Assembly: GCA_019338205.1 (NCBI GenBank)
Contig: GCA_019338205.1_4761.1
Strand: one strand, 5' to 3'
Length of the DNA: 64,000 nucleotides
Source of the DNA: a phage
The notes beneath the pieces are model-generated. The model saw only the letters and a list, made by a program, of their open reading frames with translations. It did not search any database and was not told the DNA's origin. Both the position numbers and the translations under genes were made by a program. Shown piece by piece: positions 10,395-18,507 of this stretch; the stretch's first letter is position 1, and every line of letters begins with the position of its first letter.

Positions 10395-11090
10395 ATGGAC
10401 TATCAAAAACATTATGATCGATTAATTGAACGCGCAAAGCATAGAACGCTTGAAGGATATAAAGAAAAACATCATATTATTCCTCGTTGTATGGGAGGCG
10501 ATGATAGTCCAGAAAATATAGTTGAGTTAACGGGGTCTGAACATTTTGTTGCTCATCAACTTTTAGCAAAAATGCATCCAACACATCACGGAATTGTACA
10601 TGCGGCGAAAATATTGATGGGGTCTACCAACTATAACAATAAACAATTTGAGTGGGTAAGAAAACTTGCGGTCGAGACTTCAAGAAAATTTCATACAGGA
10701 AGAAAAAGATCCGAAGAGACTAGACGCAGAATATCAGAAGCAACTAAAGGAAAGAGAAAAGGAATTAAATTATCTGAGGAACATCGACAGAAATTATCTG
10801 CTTCATTAAAAGGTAGAGTGTTTACAGAAGAACATAAAAGAAATATTGCGTCAAGAGAAATTACACAAGAATGGAGAGACAACATCTCTAAAGCGGGTAA
10901 GGGTAGAAAGTTGTCACAAGAAAACGTAGAGAAATGGAAACGTATTCATAACACGCCAGAAATGAAACAAAAATATAGTGAATTGTCAAAGTCTCGTCCG
11001 TATTTCACCTGTCCTCATTGTGAAAAAACAGCCAATCAGGGAAATTATGTTAGATGGCATGGTGACAACTGCAAGAAGAAGGTGGTATAA
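10395..11090 (+). CDS. HNH homing endonuclease with NUMOD3-like repeats
   Basis: HHIIPRCMGGDDSPENIVELTGSEHFVAH HNH motif; repeated GRKRSEETRRRIS / GIKLSEEHRQKLS modules; C-terminal CxxC...CxxxxxC. Confidence 0.8.
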   Translation: MDYQKHYDRLIERAKHRTLEGYKEKHHIIPRCMGGDDSPENIVELTGSEHFVAHQLLAKMHPTHHGIVHAAKILMGSTNYNNKQFEWVRKLAVETSRKFHTGRKRSEETRRRISEATKGKRKGIKLSEEHRQKLSASLKGRVFTEEHKRNIASREITQEWRDNISKAGKGRKLSQENVEKWKRIHNTPEMKQKYSELSKSRPYFTCPHCEKTANQGNYVRWHGDNCKKKVV

Positions 11091-11563
11091 TGGGTAATTG
11101 CAACACATATAAGGGTAAATATAGACCTGAAAACCCGGAGAAGTATAAAGGCGACCTGAAAAAAATCGTCTACAGGTCAAGTTGGGAATTACATATAATG
11201 AAATTTTTAGACCGCAATCCTAGAGTTGCAAAATGGGGATCTGAGACCGTAGTAATTCCTTATGAGTCATCAACAGACGGAAAAAGACACAGATACTTTA
11301 TGGATTTTTACGTTAAGTTTGATGATGGCAAGGAGCATTTATGGGAAGTTAAACCAGCTAAAGAGACAAGGCCACCGGAAAAGCCAAAAAGAATGACCGC
11401 GAAGACAAAGCAACGATATATGCATGAAGTATGGACATACACAAAAAATACTGAAAAATGGTTAGCTGCCGTGAAATTATGCCAAAAGCATAACATGGAG
11501 TTTAAGATCATAACCGAACATGCATTAAAGAAAGTGTTTGGCTTTAAAGGGCTTAACAAATAG
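11090..11563 (+). CDS. 4: head completion protein gp4 (PD-(D/E)XK-like fold)
   Basis: 157 aa versus T4 gp4 150 aa; divergent from gene 53 as in T4; motif FMDFYV...LWEVKP. Confidence 0.55.
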   Translation: MGNCNTYKGKYRPENPEKYKGDLKKIVYRSSWELHIMKFLDRNPRVAKWGSETVVIPYESSTDGKRHRYFMDFYVKFDDGKEHLWEVKPAKETRPPEKPKRMTAKTKQRYMHEVWTYTKNTEKWLAAVKLCQKHNMEFKIITEHALKKVFGFKGLNK

Positions 11564-11574
11564 AGGATAATATT

Positions 11575-12396
11575 ATGAGCGTATTTGAAATAATCACAGA
11601 AGACGAAAAGCCGTCTCCCCAAAAACGAAAGTCTAAACAGTGGGTCGAATTGGGTGTAGAATTTGCGAAAGCAAAAGCCAAAGGCATGACAGCTAAAGCA
11701 TTTGCAGATTCTAAGGGAATAGCCTATGCGACTTTCACTAAAAGTATGTCTCGTTATGCCAGCGAAATTAAAACAGCAATAGAAGTTGAAAAACTAAAAG
11801 GGAAAAGTGCAAAGGGTCTCAATAAGCAGCAACGCGCAATGATGATGATTAATGATTTTCGTGCGTCTATGCGTGCTGTATCAAAGAGTCGTCCTAAAGA
11901 AAAATCACAGGAATGGTTTACTAAAACAATAAAAGCGGGAATAAAGGGACACCAGATTGTAAAACCGCAAGTAGGGCGAATCTATACCTTTATGTATGAT
12001 GCTAAGTATAAAGACACTTTGCCATATTGGGATGTTTTCCCACTGATCATTTGTCTGGGTGATTCTAAGACAAAGGCGGGTAATACTGTAATGCTGGGTC
12101 TTAACTTACACTATGTAACGCCTAAAGCCCGTCAGCAGTTTCTGGAAGCACTTTTAAAGCAATATGCATCTACTCCTACCTTGAGTAATAAAACACGCTT
12201 AAAAATCAAATGGAGCGATGTAAAAGGTATGCGTGGTAGTGACCACATGATCAAAGCATATCTACCGGGACACATTAAAACAAAACTTGTTGAGATTAGC
12301 CCGAAAGACTGGAGCAATATTATCTACCTTAACACATATAAATTTGTTTCTAAAGGTAAAAACTATGATGCAAGGAAGGTGTGGAAGGATGCTTAA
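11575..12396 (+). CDS. 2: DNA end protector protein gp2
   Basis: 273 aa versus T4 gp2 274 aa; synteny 4-2-3; SD GAGGAT. Confidence 0.55.
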   Translation: MSVFEIITEDEKPSPQKRKSKQWVELGVEFAKAKAKGMTAKAFADSKGIAYATFTKSMSRYASEIKTAIEVEKLKGKSAKGLNKQQRAMMMINDFRASMRAVSKSRPKEKSQEWFTKTIKAGIKGHQIVKPQVGRIYTFMYDAKYKDTLPYWDVFPLIICLGDSKTKAGNTVMLGLNLHYVTPKARQQFLEALLKQYASTPTLSNKTRLKIKWSDVKGMRGSDHMIKAYLPGHIKTKLVEISPKDWSNIIYLNTYKFVSKGKNYDARKVWKDA

Positions 12397-13417
12397 TATT
12401 AATTCCGTGGGGAGCAATCCCCACGTTTATTATCTTCGTCAACCGGAAGAAATAGAATACAGAGTAAACAAGGTAACAAAATCTCCTAGAGAATTTGCGG
12501 ATAAAGTTATTGAAAGGTGTAAACTTGTCGACCATACATTCTTAGGATTTTCTGGAGAATGGAAAGGAAAATTGACTAGATCTGTTATCCAATGCAATAA
12601 GCATGGAACTGTCTATGATGTTTCCAGTAATAGTTTCTATGCTAAAAAGGTTATTGTTGGTTGCCCTCAATGTAGGGGAGTTATGACAGAAGAGGAAGCA
12701 ACCAAATTCATTGAAGAAAAATGTAAAGATCTTGATTATGAATTTTTGGGATTTGTTGGTGGCTGGAAATCACAAATTACTAAGATGATTCTTAGATGCA
12801 AGAAACATGACCATATTTGGAAGAATACAAAGTTCTTTGATTTTAAAAATCATGGTACATGTGGTTGTAAGAAATGTGCGGCTGAACAATTTAAGACGGA
12901 ATATGTCGTTCCCGTGGAAGATGCACTATCTAGAATAGAAGATAAATGTAAAAAGTTAGGGTATGAATATATAGGTGTCGATGGTGAATGGATAGGTACT
13001 GCAAATTCATGGATAAAACTTAAATGTACAAAACATGACGCAGAATTTTCTGTAAGATATTGTACGTTCAACAGAAATGCTAAAGGGTGTCCGAAATGTA
13101 GTTCTTCTGGCTATCGTCCATCTGAGATGGGATATTTTTATATCCAGACGTTAGATGATAAATTTATAAAGTTTGGTGTAACCAATGAATTACCGGAAAC
13201 CAGAATGAAACAACATATGCAGAAATCTAAGTTTGTTCACAAACTTGTTTACGTCAAACAAAGTGTTGATGGCTGGATTCCGTGGGAACTTGAAAAGGAA
13301 ATAAAGAGAACTTATCATTGTGGCGTTGTTGATAAATCCATGTTGAAAGATGGATACACAGAAACTTTACCAATCACGGAACTTGATAACATAATTAAAT
13401 TAGCTGATACATATTAA
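12389..13417 (+). CDS. putative endonuclease: three tandem Zn-ribbon-like repeats plus C-terminal GIY-YIG/T5orf172-like domain
   Basis: three ~57-aa repeats each with CxKH...GCPxC; C-terminal GYFYIQ...KFGVT...R..QH; inserted between genes 2 and 3; start taken at ATG 12389. Confidence 0.55.
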   Translation: MLNINSVGSNPHVYYLRQPEEIEYRVNKVTKSPREFADKVIERCKLVDHTFLGFSGEWKGKLTRSVIQCNKHGTVYDVSSNSFYAKKVIVGCPQCRGVMTEEEATKFIEEKCKDLDYEFLGFVGGWKSQITKMILRCKKHDHIWKNTKFFDFKNHGTCGCKKCAAEQFKTEYVVPVEDALSRIEDKCKKLGYEYIGVDGEWIGTANSWIKLKCTKHDAEFSVRYCTFNRNAKGCPKCSSSGYRPSEMGYFYIQTLDDKFIKFGVTNELPETRMKQHMQKSKFVHKLVYVKQSVDGWIPWELEKEIKRTYHCGVVDKSMLKDGYTETLPITELDNIIKLADTY

Positions 13418-13423
13418 AATTAA

Positions 13424-13446
13424 GCCCGTCATTGACGGGCTTTTTA
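13424..13446. terminator. bidirectional intrinsic terminator
   Basis: stem gcccgtc/gacgggc with 3-nt loop followed by TTTTT; A/T-rich on the other side. Confidence 0.6.
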
Positions 13447-13701
13447 TTATAGATCGATAGCATGAGCATAACCATGTAAGAAGTCTTTTAATTCTTCCTT
13501 ATTGGTAACACGCTGTAAAATCTCTAATGCCTTGTCGCGATCACGTAATGCACCTGAAAGGGATTTTATTTGGTCATCCCTTTCTGCAATCTGCTTAAGC
13601 AGATCTGTATTGCATTTAGACAAATAGAGAACTTCACCCCGCAATGTTGCCAATTCGTTATCCAGACGATCATAGAGTTTTAACAAAATGTCTTCTGTCA
13701 T
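13447..13701 (-). CDS. hypothetical coiled-coil protein (84 aa)
   Basis: ORF track; heptad-like charged sequence; SD-like GAGGAC upstream; only minus-strand ORF in this block. Confidence 0.35.
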   Translation of the reverse strand: MTEDILLKLYDRLDNELATLRGEVLYLSKCNTDLLKQIAERDDQIKSLSGALRDRDKALEILQRVTNKEELKDFLHGYAHAIDL

Positions 13702-13862
13702 AAGAAGTCCTCGTATAGTACCCGTTTTATTTATTACTGTATAAAAATATAGTTATTGGTTAAAATATAACCAAAACGAAGAAAGATCTTTAGAATAATA
13801 GAAAATTTGTTTCGGTTAAAAAGTAGTCAGTGCCTCCGGCACGTCGCAAAGCGACAATTGTT

Positions 13863-13870
13863 AATAAATA
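13863..13870 (+). promoter_or_regulatory. late-promoter-like element AATAAATA (7/8 match to TATAAATA) upstream of gene 3
   Basis: about 22 nt upstream of ATG 13892; imperfect match. Confidence 0.3.
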
Positions 13871-13891
13871 TTTTCATTTGAGGAATCAGTA

Positions 13892-14482
13892 ATGTCTAAT
13901 CTCTTTAACTATGCTAACCCCAGCAACTGGCAGATCAATATTCCAGATGGACAACTAACAAAAGGCTTTACTTTAAATGCTCAAGGTGTTACACTTCCGG
14001 CTATAACCATTCCACCGACTAAGCAAGTTGCTGGTCAATATGGTTTGGCGGTCGCTGATTATCCGTCTAGTCATGTGGAGTTTGACCCGTTGGTAGTCCG
14101 GTTTATTGTCGATGAGCATTTGGAAAGCTATCTAAACCTTTACACATGGATGCTTTCTATAGTAGACTACAATAACGGTAACTCCACTGCGTGGAAGGAT
14201 TCAATGCCGGAAGCCGTTCAAGTTCACATGATGGACAACGAACGCCGTAACATTGTGTGCACTTTTAACTTTTATGGTTGTTGGTGTTCACAATTGGGGG
14301 AACTTGAGTTAACATACACCGATGATATGCATGAATCTCTGGTATGTACTGCAATTCTTCCATTTAAAACGATGAGCATTGAACGTGATGGTCAGCTGAT
14401 CGTTCCTCGCCCAGCAATTCAGGCGGCGGATCGTCAGAGGGTGGAAGGTATTAAAGCTATGCACCCTGCTTTTAGAAAGTAA
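13892..14482 (+). CDS. 3: tail completion and sheath stabiliser protein gp3
   Basis: 196 aa; position between gene 2 and gene 1 as in T4. Confidence 0.5.
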   Translation: MSNLFNYANPSNWQINIPDGQLTKGFTLNAQGVTLPAITIPPTKQVAGQYGLAVADYPSSHVEFDPLVVRFIVDEHLESYLNLYTWMLSIVDYNNGNSTAWKDSMPEAVQVHMMDNERRNIVCTFNFYGCWCSQLGELELTYTDDMHESLVCTAILPFKTMSIERDGQLIVPRPAIQAADRQRVEGIKAMHPAFRK

Positions 14483-14497
14483 TAAGAGGCTTATATA

Positions 14498-15154
14498 ATG
14501 AAATTGATTGCACTTTGTGGTAAAAAGCGAGTAGGAAAAGATACTGCCGCGTTAATCATTGATGGACACAGTTATCAACTGGCAGCACCGATCAAAGAAA
14601 TCTTATGCGAATGTCAACCAGACTTAGGTCTGACTTATCTTGACTTTGACGGGTTAGGTCGTGACAGAGAAGCCGATCTAGGTATTGATACCTATACCGC
14701 GCATAAGTGGTTTATTCAGTGTCTGCTTATGCTAGATTCGAAGTATGGCGGTAGTTCCTTTACTTGTGATCGTCTGGCTGAGATTTACAAGGTCGTTAAT
14801 GAGATCGGCGAAAAACATAATAACGTCTGGTCTATTCGTCTCATGTTAACCACTCTCGGTACTGATATAATGGTTAACTTGATCAATCCGCTTTATTGGT
14901 GTAATCTCTTCGTGAATGAGTTTATGAAGCGCAAAAATGAAGAAGGGTATTTTGTAGTGGTTGATGTGCGTCAGCCTATTGAAATTGCTCTTATGCGTGC
15001 TATGGGTGCTAAGGTGTTGCATATTCAGCGTGATACTGGTATTGTATCGACTCACTCCACCGAAAAAGGAATTTTGCCTATTGACGGTGAAACAGTTATC
15101 ATAAATAATGGCACATTAGAAGAATTTGAAAGCGAGATTCTCGCGAACATTTAA
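14498..15154 (+). CDS. 1: deoxynucleoside monophosphate kinase gp1
   Basis: P-loop CGKKRVGKDT; WSIRLMLTTLGTDIMVN matches T4 gp1 region WSVRRLMQALGTDLIVN. Confidence 0.9.
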   Translation: MKLIALCGKKRVGKDTAALIIDGHSYQLAAPIKEILCECQPDLGLTYLDFDGLGRDREADLGIDTYTAHKWFIQCLLMLDSKYGGSSFTCDRLAEIYKVVNEIGEKHNNVWSIRLMLTTLGTDIMVNLINPLYWCNLFVNEFMKRKNEEGYFVVVDVRQPIEIALMRAMGAKVLHIQRDTGIVSTHSTEKGILPIDGETVIINNGTLEEFESEILANI

Positions 15155-15186
15155 TAAAAAGTTATCAACAAGTAGGAGATGTGAAT

Positions 15187-15447
15187 ATGTCCAATCAGCA
15201 TGAACAAATGATTAATGTCCTGAAAGTACGTCTGTTTGACACTCAAGAAAAGGCCGCATTCTTAGAAGGCCAACTGAAAGATCGTGAGCGTGTATTGATG
15301 GAACTGGTACGCATTCTGGGTATTCAGCCAGACGAAAACGGGACTGTTTCCCTTGATGCTATTGTCGAAGAAGTGAAAGCACTTCTCCCTAAAGACGAAG
15401 CAGCGGAAGACGCAGAAGAGGAAGTAGAACTGATCACGGAGGCTTGA
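15187..15447 (+). CDS. 57A: tail fibre assembly chaperone gp57A
   Basis: small acidic coiled-coil protein; LKVRLFDTQEKAA resembles T4 gp57A; SD AGGAG 8 nt upstream. Confidence 0.7.
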   Translation: MSNQHEQMINVLKVRLFDTQEKAAFLEGQLKDRERVLMELVRILGIQPDENGTVSLDAIVEEVKALLPKDEAAEDAEEEVELITEA

Positions 15448-15449
15448 TT

Positions 15450-15914
15450 ATGACCCCGTTTAGAGAATCCGTTAAAGGTACATATGCGGCGGTTAAATTC
15501 ACTGAGGATACACTAGACCGCATTGAAAAATTGCAGGAGTTCTACGATCTGCCTAATGCCGTTCCTCGTGATAAACTGCATAGCACTATCTTATATTCTC
15601 GTGTCTATGTTCCGTTTATCCCAGAAGAAGGGGAGAAGTTCTTAGGCTCTCTATGCCATCTGAAAGTGTTTGAAACTCAATCCGGTACTAATGCGCTTGT
15701 GCTGGCATTTGAAAGCGACTACATGCAATTCAGACACGATATCGGCACTGCTTTAGGTGCGACGTGGGATTATCCTGAATATGTACCGCATATCACGCTT
15801 TCTTATGATGTTGGTGCGCGTAAATTTGGCACTGACCTAGAGTTCGATTTAGAGATTGTCCGATCTCATGAGTATGTCGAAGATCTGGATCTGGAGTGGA
15901 CGACCAAACTGTAA
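15450..15914 (+). CDS. 57B: gp57B-like 2H phosphoesterase (Acb1-like anti-CBASS cyclic-oligonucleotide phosphodiesterase)
   Basis: two H-x-T/S-x motifs (HSTI, HITL) ~75 aa apart; 154 aa; syntenic with T4 57B next to 57A. Confidence 0.7.
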   Translation: MTPFRESVKGTYAAVKFTEDTLDRIEKLQEFYDLPNAVPRDKLHSTILYSRVYVPFIPEEGEKFLGSLCHLKVFETQSGTNALVLAFESDYMQFRHDIGTALGATWDYPEYVPHITLSYDVGARKFGTDLEFDLEIVRSHEYVEDLDLEWTTKL

Positions 15915-15921
15915 TTCTATA

Positions 15922-15950
15922 CCCCGAAAATTTTTCGGGGTTTTTTGTTT
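15922..15950 (+). terminator. intrinsic terminator
   Basis: ccccgaaaa/ttttcgggg hairpin followed by T-run. Confidence 0.7.
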
Positions 15951-15957
15951 TTAGTTG

Positions 15958-15986
15958 TTGACAACCATAAACGACTATAGCATAAT
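15958..15986 (+). promoter_or_regulatory. early promoter cassette (PeSL-type) TTGACA-N17-CATAAT
   Basis: TTGACA 15958-15963, CATAAT 15981-15986, conserved leader catcgaaacgaaacacac and ggagaatcaaaATG. Confidence 0.6.
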
Positions 15987-16023
15987 GCACATATCGAAAC
16001 GAAACACACTTAGGAGAATCAAA

Positions 16024-16404
16024 ATGATGATGATGATGTTTAAAGATAAATTCGAATGTCACTACACCCGTAACTTTGACTTAGTATCCCGCTACTACAT
16101 TCATAAAGAAACTGGCACGCAAGTAGTTCTTGAATCTCACAGCGAAGTAGGATTCGATTCAACAAAAGTAGCAATTAGTGCTCGCTTCTGGGATAACGGC
16201 AAATTTGCTTATATCGCTTGGAACGACGACGAAAATATAATTACAGTAGCTTTCGGTGATGACTACTACACTAAAAAGACTTTCGATAGTAAGCCATCAA
16301 ATGAATACCTGAAAGCGTATGTGCAGCACATGTTCCAACGTGTTCTGACCGGAATGGAAATCAATGTCATGAAAGACATTGTAGACGAAGTAAAATATTC
16401 TTAA
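16024..16404 (+). CDS. hypothetical early protein (starts MMMMMFKD)
   Basis: ATG after conserved cassette leader; ORF track frame. Confidence 0.5.
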   Translation: MMMMMFKDKFECHYTRNFDLVSRYYIHKETGTQVVLESHSEVGFDSTKVAISARFWDNGKFAYIAWNDDENIITVAFGDDYYTKKTFDSKPSNEYLKAYVQHMFQRVLTGMEINVMKDIVDEVKYS

Positions 16405-16410
16405 AAATAG

Positions 16411-16445
16411 TTGACAACATGAAACGGGGGTAGTAAGATACCCCC
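16411..16445 (+). promoter_or_regulatory. early promoter cassette with hairpin enclosing -10 (TTGACA-N17-TAAGAT)
   Basis: TTGACA 16411-16416; stem gggggta/taccccc 16426-16432 with 16439-16445 around TAAGAT. Confidence 0.5.
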
Positions 16446-16470
16446 ACAAACAAACGAAAGGAGAATCAAA

Positions 16471-16629
16471 ATGAAATTCATCGGTAAAACTTTTATGTTC
16501 GTAGCTGGTACTCTGTTTACTGCAACTCTGTTAGCTGGTGGCTTAGATATCTTTACTGCCTTTGAAACTTTCGGGTATACTGTAGCATCGGGTGCTCTCT
16601 TCGGATTGGGTTTAGCGATTAGCAAATAA
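16471..16629 (+). CDS. small hydrophobic membrane protein (52 aa)
   Basis: ATG after ggagaatcaaa leader; below ORF-track size cut-off; G/A-rich TM-like sequence. Confidence 0.45.
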   Translation: MKFIGKTFMFVAGTLFTATLLAGGLDIFTAFETFGYTVASGALFGLGLAISK

Positions 16630-16638
16630 GGTGATAAT

Positions 16639-16842
16639 ATGGAATTGGATATGGTTAAAGCAAAATTTATGGGTAAGGATAAGAGCGGTAAAACATTTGT
16701 TATTAATAGAACATTGTTTAGCTCTGACCTTAAGTGGGTAACACAACAATTTGCGGAAGTCAACGAGGCAGTTGTGACATGCTTCGTTGATGGTAAAAAA
16801 GTTTTTGAAATTGATCGTCGTGGGGTGTCTAATGATCGCTAA
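16639..16842 (+). CDS. hypothetical small protein (67 aa)
   Basis: ORF track. Confidence 0.4.
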   Translation: MELDMVKAKFMGKDKSGKTFVINRTLFSSDLKWVTQQFAEVNEAVVTCFVDGKKVFEIDRRGVSNDR

Positions 16843-17029
16843 ACTGTTTAGCAATACTTTGTTTCTGATTGCATTTGTTTTCTTTCTGTGTCTGATCATC
16901 GGTGTGATTGCAGTCGGTAGTTATTCCGGTATTACAATAGATGATTTTTGTATGTTGGTTTTCTTTTCAAGTGTTCCTACACTCCTGATCGCTGTATGTG
17001 GTGCTTTTAGATGGATCTGTGATCTATGA
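16832..17029 (+). CDS. small two-helix membrane protein
   Basis: hydrophobic ORF; start taken at ATG 16832 overlapping previous stop. Confidence 0.4.
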   Translation: MIAKLFSNTLFLIAFVFFLCLIIGVIAVGSYSGITIDDFCMLVFFSSVPTLLIAVCGAFRWICDL

Positions 17030-17136
17030 CTGAACAGGAACGAATGATGTTGATAGGTGGACCTGAGTTCACTAAATTTGATGCAATTCTTATTGCGTTT
17101 GGTTTTCTTATGATCTGTTGTATGGTGGCGCTATGA
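17026..17136 (+). CDS. small membrane protein (36 aa)
   Basis: ATGA start/stop overlaps on both sides; hydrophobic C-terminus. Confidence 0.3.
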   Translation: MTEQERMMLIGGPEFTKFDAILIAFGFLMICCMVAL

Positions 17137-17357
17137 GTAGTATAAAATATTTCGCTTTCTTGTGCTTTATGATGTTCTTTACATTCTTTGCATGTGTTTT
17201 CTTTACCTGGCTTGCTCATGTTGATAATGCAACCGGACCGTTTTACTTCTTCTGTGTATTGTCTGTGTTGACTGGTGCTCTTGTTACGTGGATGATTCGA
17301 GATTGTTACGGAATGTATAAGTTTGAAAAGACTCGACCGAAATGGGGCAAACGATGA
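17133..17357 (+). CDS. small two-helix membrane protein
   Basis: ATGA overlap with upstream ORF; two hydrophobic segments. Confidence 0.4.
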   Translation: MSSIKYFAFLCFMMFFTFFACVFFTWLAHVDNATGPFYFFCVLSVLTGALVTWMIRDCYGMYKFEKTRPKWGKR

Positions 17358-17536
17358 AATTATTTGCGTGGCTAATTATTTTAAATGTAATTGTTAAGAC
17401 CTTTCTCGCTGGTCTGATGATGGCGCATAGCACGAAACCAGAAGAAGCATTAACGTATTTTGTTGCTTATGTGCTGGGATTCTTGCTTACTGCGTGGATG
17501 TGTGATGAATATCGAAGAATTGAGGTAAAACCATGA
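17354..17536 (+). CDS. small two-helix membrane protein
   Basis: ATGA overlap; two hydrophobic segments. Confidence 0.4.
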   Translation: MKLFAWLIILNVIVKTFLAGLMMAHSTKPEEALTYFVAYVLGFLLTAWMCDEYRRIEVKP

Positions 17537-17751
17537 AAATGACTTTTTATATCTTAGCAAGTATCATGCTTGTGATCTCTTCTGCATTATTTGCATTTCT
17601 TACCGTTTGGGGGATCTGTACTGATGCGAAGCCGTGGGATATCGTAGAAAATACGGTTATGTTTATTATTAGTGTCATGTGTCTTTTTGATGCATTTAAC
17701 TCTATCAAGGAAGAAGACCAAAAACGTCGCGATAGAAAGCGATATAAATAA
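17533..17751 (+). CDS. small membrane protein with basic C-terminus
   Basis: ATGA overlap; hydrophobic N-terminal two thirds, KRRDRKRYK tail. Confidence 0.4.
   Translation: MKMTFYILASIMLVISSALFAFLTVWGICTDAKPWDIVENTVMFIISVMCLFDAFNSIKEEDQKRRDRKRYK
17743..17750 (+). promoter_or_regulatory. T4-type late promoter TATAAATA
   Basis: exact TATAAATA overlapping the stop of ORF 17533-17751, facing a 150-nt ORF-free structured segment. Confidence 0.4.
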
Positions 17752-17756
17752 TAGTG

Positions 17757-17927
17757 AACTAAAGACAGCGCGGTTAGAATGATTTGGACGTCACCTAGCC
17801 GCATTTATTGCAGCGTATGGGCGATCCGGTACGCTAAAGCATTCACTTGCTAGGCCGCTAGCAGGTTGGAGACAAGGAAGATTCGCTACCTTCCCTATAA
17901 GCCACTCTTCGGAGTGGCTTTTTTATT
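17757..17927 (+). ncRNA. candidate small structured RNA (late-promoter to terminator unit)
   Basis: no ORF above 25 codons; hairpins agcgta/tacgct, gctag/ctagc, ggaag/cttcc; ends at strong terminator. Confidence 0.25.
17901..17927 (+). terminator. intrinsic terminator
   Basis: gccactc-ttcg-gagtggc hairpin followed by TTTTTTATT. Confidence 0.75.
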
Positions 17928-17952
17928 GCCTAAAATTTTTTTAAAAAAGTTG

Positions 17953-17981
17953 TTGACACCAGATCCGGCCTATAGCATAAT
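17953..17981 (+). promoter_or_regulatory. early promoter cassette TTGACA-N17-CATAAT
   Basis: TTGACA 17953-17958, CATAAT 17976-17981, conserved leader. Confidence 0.6.
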
Positions 17982-18027
17982 ACACCCATCGAAACGAAAC
18001 ACACTTTCTTAAACGGAGAATCAAATT

Positions 18028-18213
18028 ATGGCACGTCGCATCACTAAAGCACTGAAAGCAGTAAGCAAAGAAAACGTAGTAGCTATTCTGGTAATCTGGG
18101 GTTATAACGAAGAATCCGCTAAACAGAAAGTTGAAGCAGGGTTTGAACTGGCAGTAAAAGCAATGCCGAATGATGACTCTGTAGGACTGGCAAACTATAT
18201 TGCATATTTCTGA
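18028..18213 (+). CDS. hypothetical early protein (61 aa)
   Basis: ORF track; ATG after cassette leader. Confidence 0.45.
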   Translation: MARRITKALKAVSKENVVAILVIWGYNEESAKQKVEAGFELAVKAMPNDDSVGLANYIAYF

Positions 18214-18221
18214 TAAAAGTG

Positions 18222-18250
18222 TTGACAGGGGAGGATAACTCCCCTACAAT
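18222..18250 (+). promoter_or_regulatory. early promoter cassette with spacer hairpin (TTGACA-ggggag..ctcccc-TACAAT)
   Basis: TTGACA 18222-18227, inverted repeat in spacer, TACAAT 18245-18250. Confidence 0.55.
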
Positions 18251-18279
18251 ACAACCATCAACGAAACGGGAGAATCAAA

Positions 18280-18507
18280 ATGATTAACTTTAAAGACGCA
18301 GCAAAAGAAATTATCGACTTTGAGCGCGAACTGTTTGAGATTGAACCGCAGATGGGTAAAATGGAACTGGCTAACCAGATCTGGGCTACTAGACTGAATC
18401 CGACTGACCGCTTAGAGATCATGAACCTTGTAGGTGCAAGCGACATGAAAGGTGGTGCGATGGCTAAACTCCGTAAATGCACCGCATACATTGCAGAACA
18501 ACTTTAA
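18280..18507 (+). CDS. hypothetical early protein (75 aa)
   Basis: ORF track; cassette leader. Confidence 0.45.
   Translation: MINFKDAAKEIIDFERELFEIEPQMGKMELANQIWATRLNPTDRLEIMNLVGASDMKGGAMAKLRKCTAYIAEQL

Noticed and set aside
13829-13854. Two adjacent short hairpins (gtgcc-tcc-ggcac and gtcgc-aaa-gcgac) upstream of gene 3 as a regulatory element
   Set aside because: Stems are only 5 bp and there is no clear associated signal; noted but not called.
17752-17900. tRNA gene in the structured noncoding segment (T4-like phages often carry tRNA clusters near here)
   Set aside because: No 7-bp acceptor stem pairing, no GTTCGA-type T-loop and no plausible anticodon arm could be drawn by eye; kept only as a candidate small RNA. 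A tRNAscan run would settle it.
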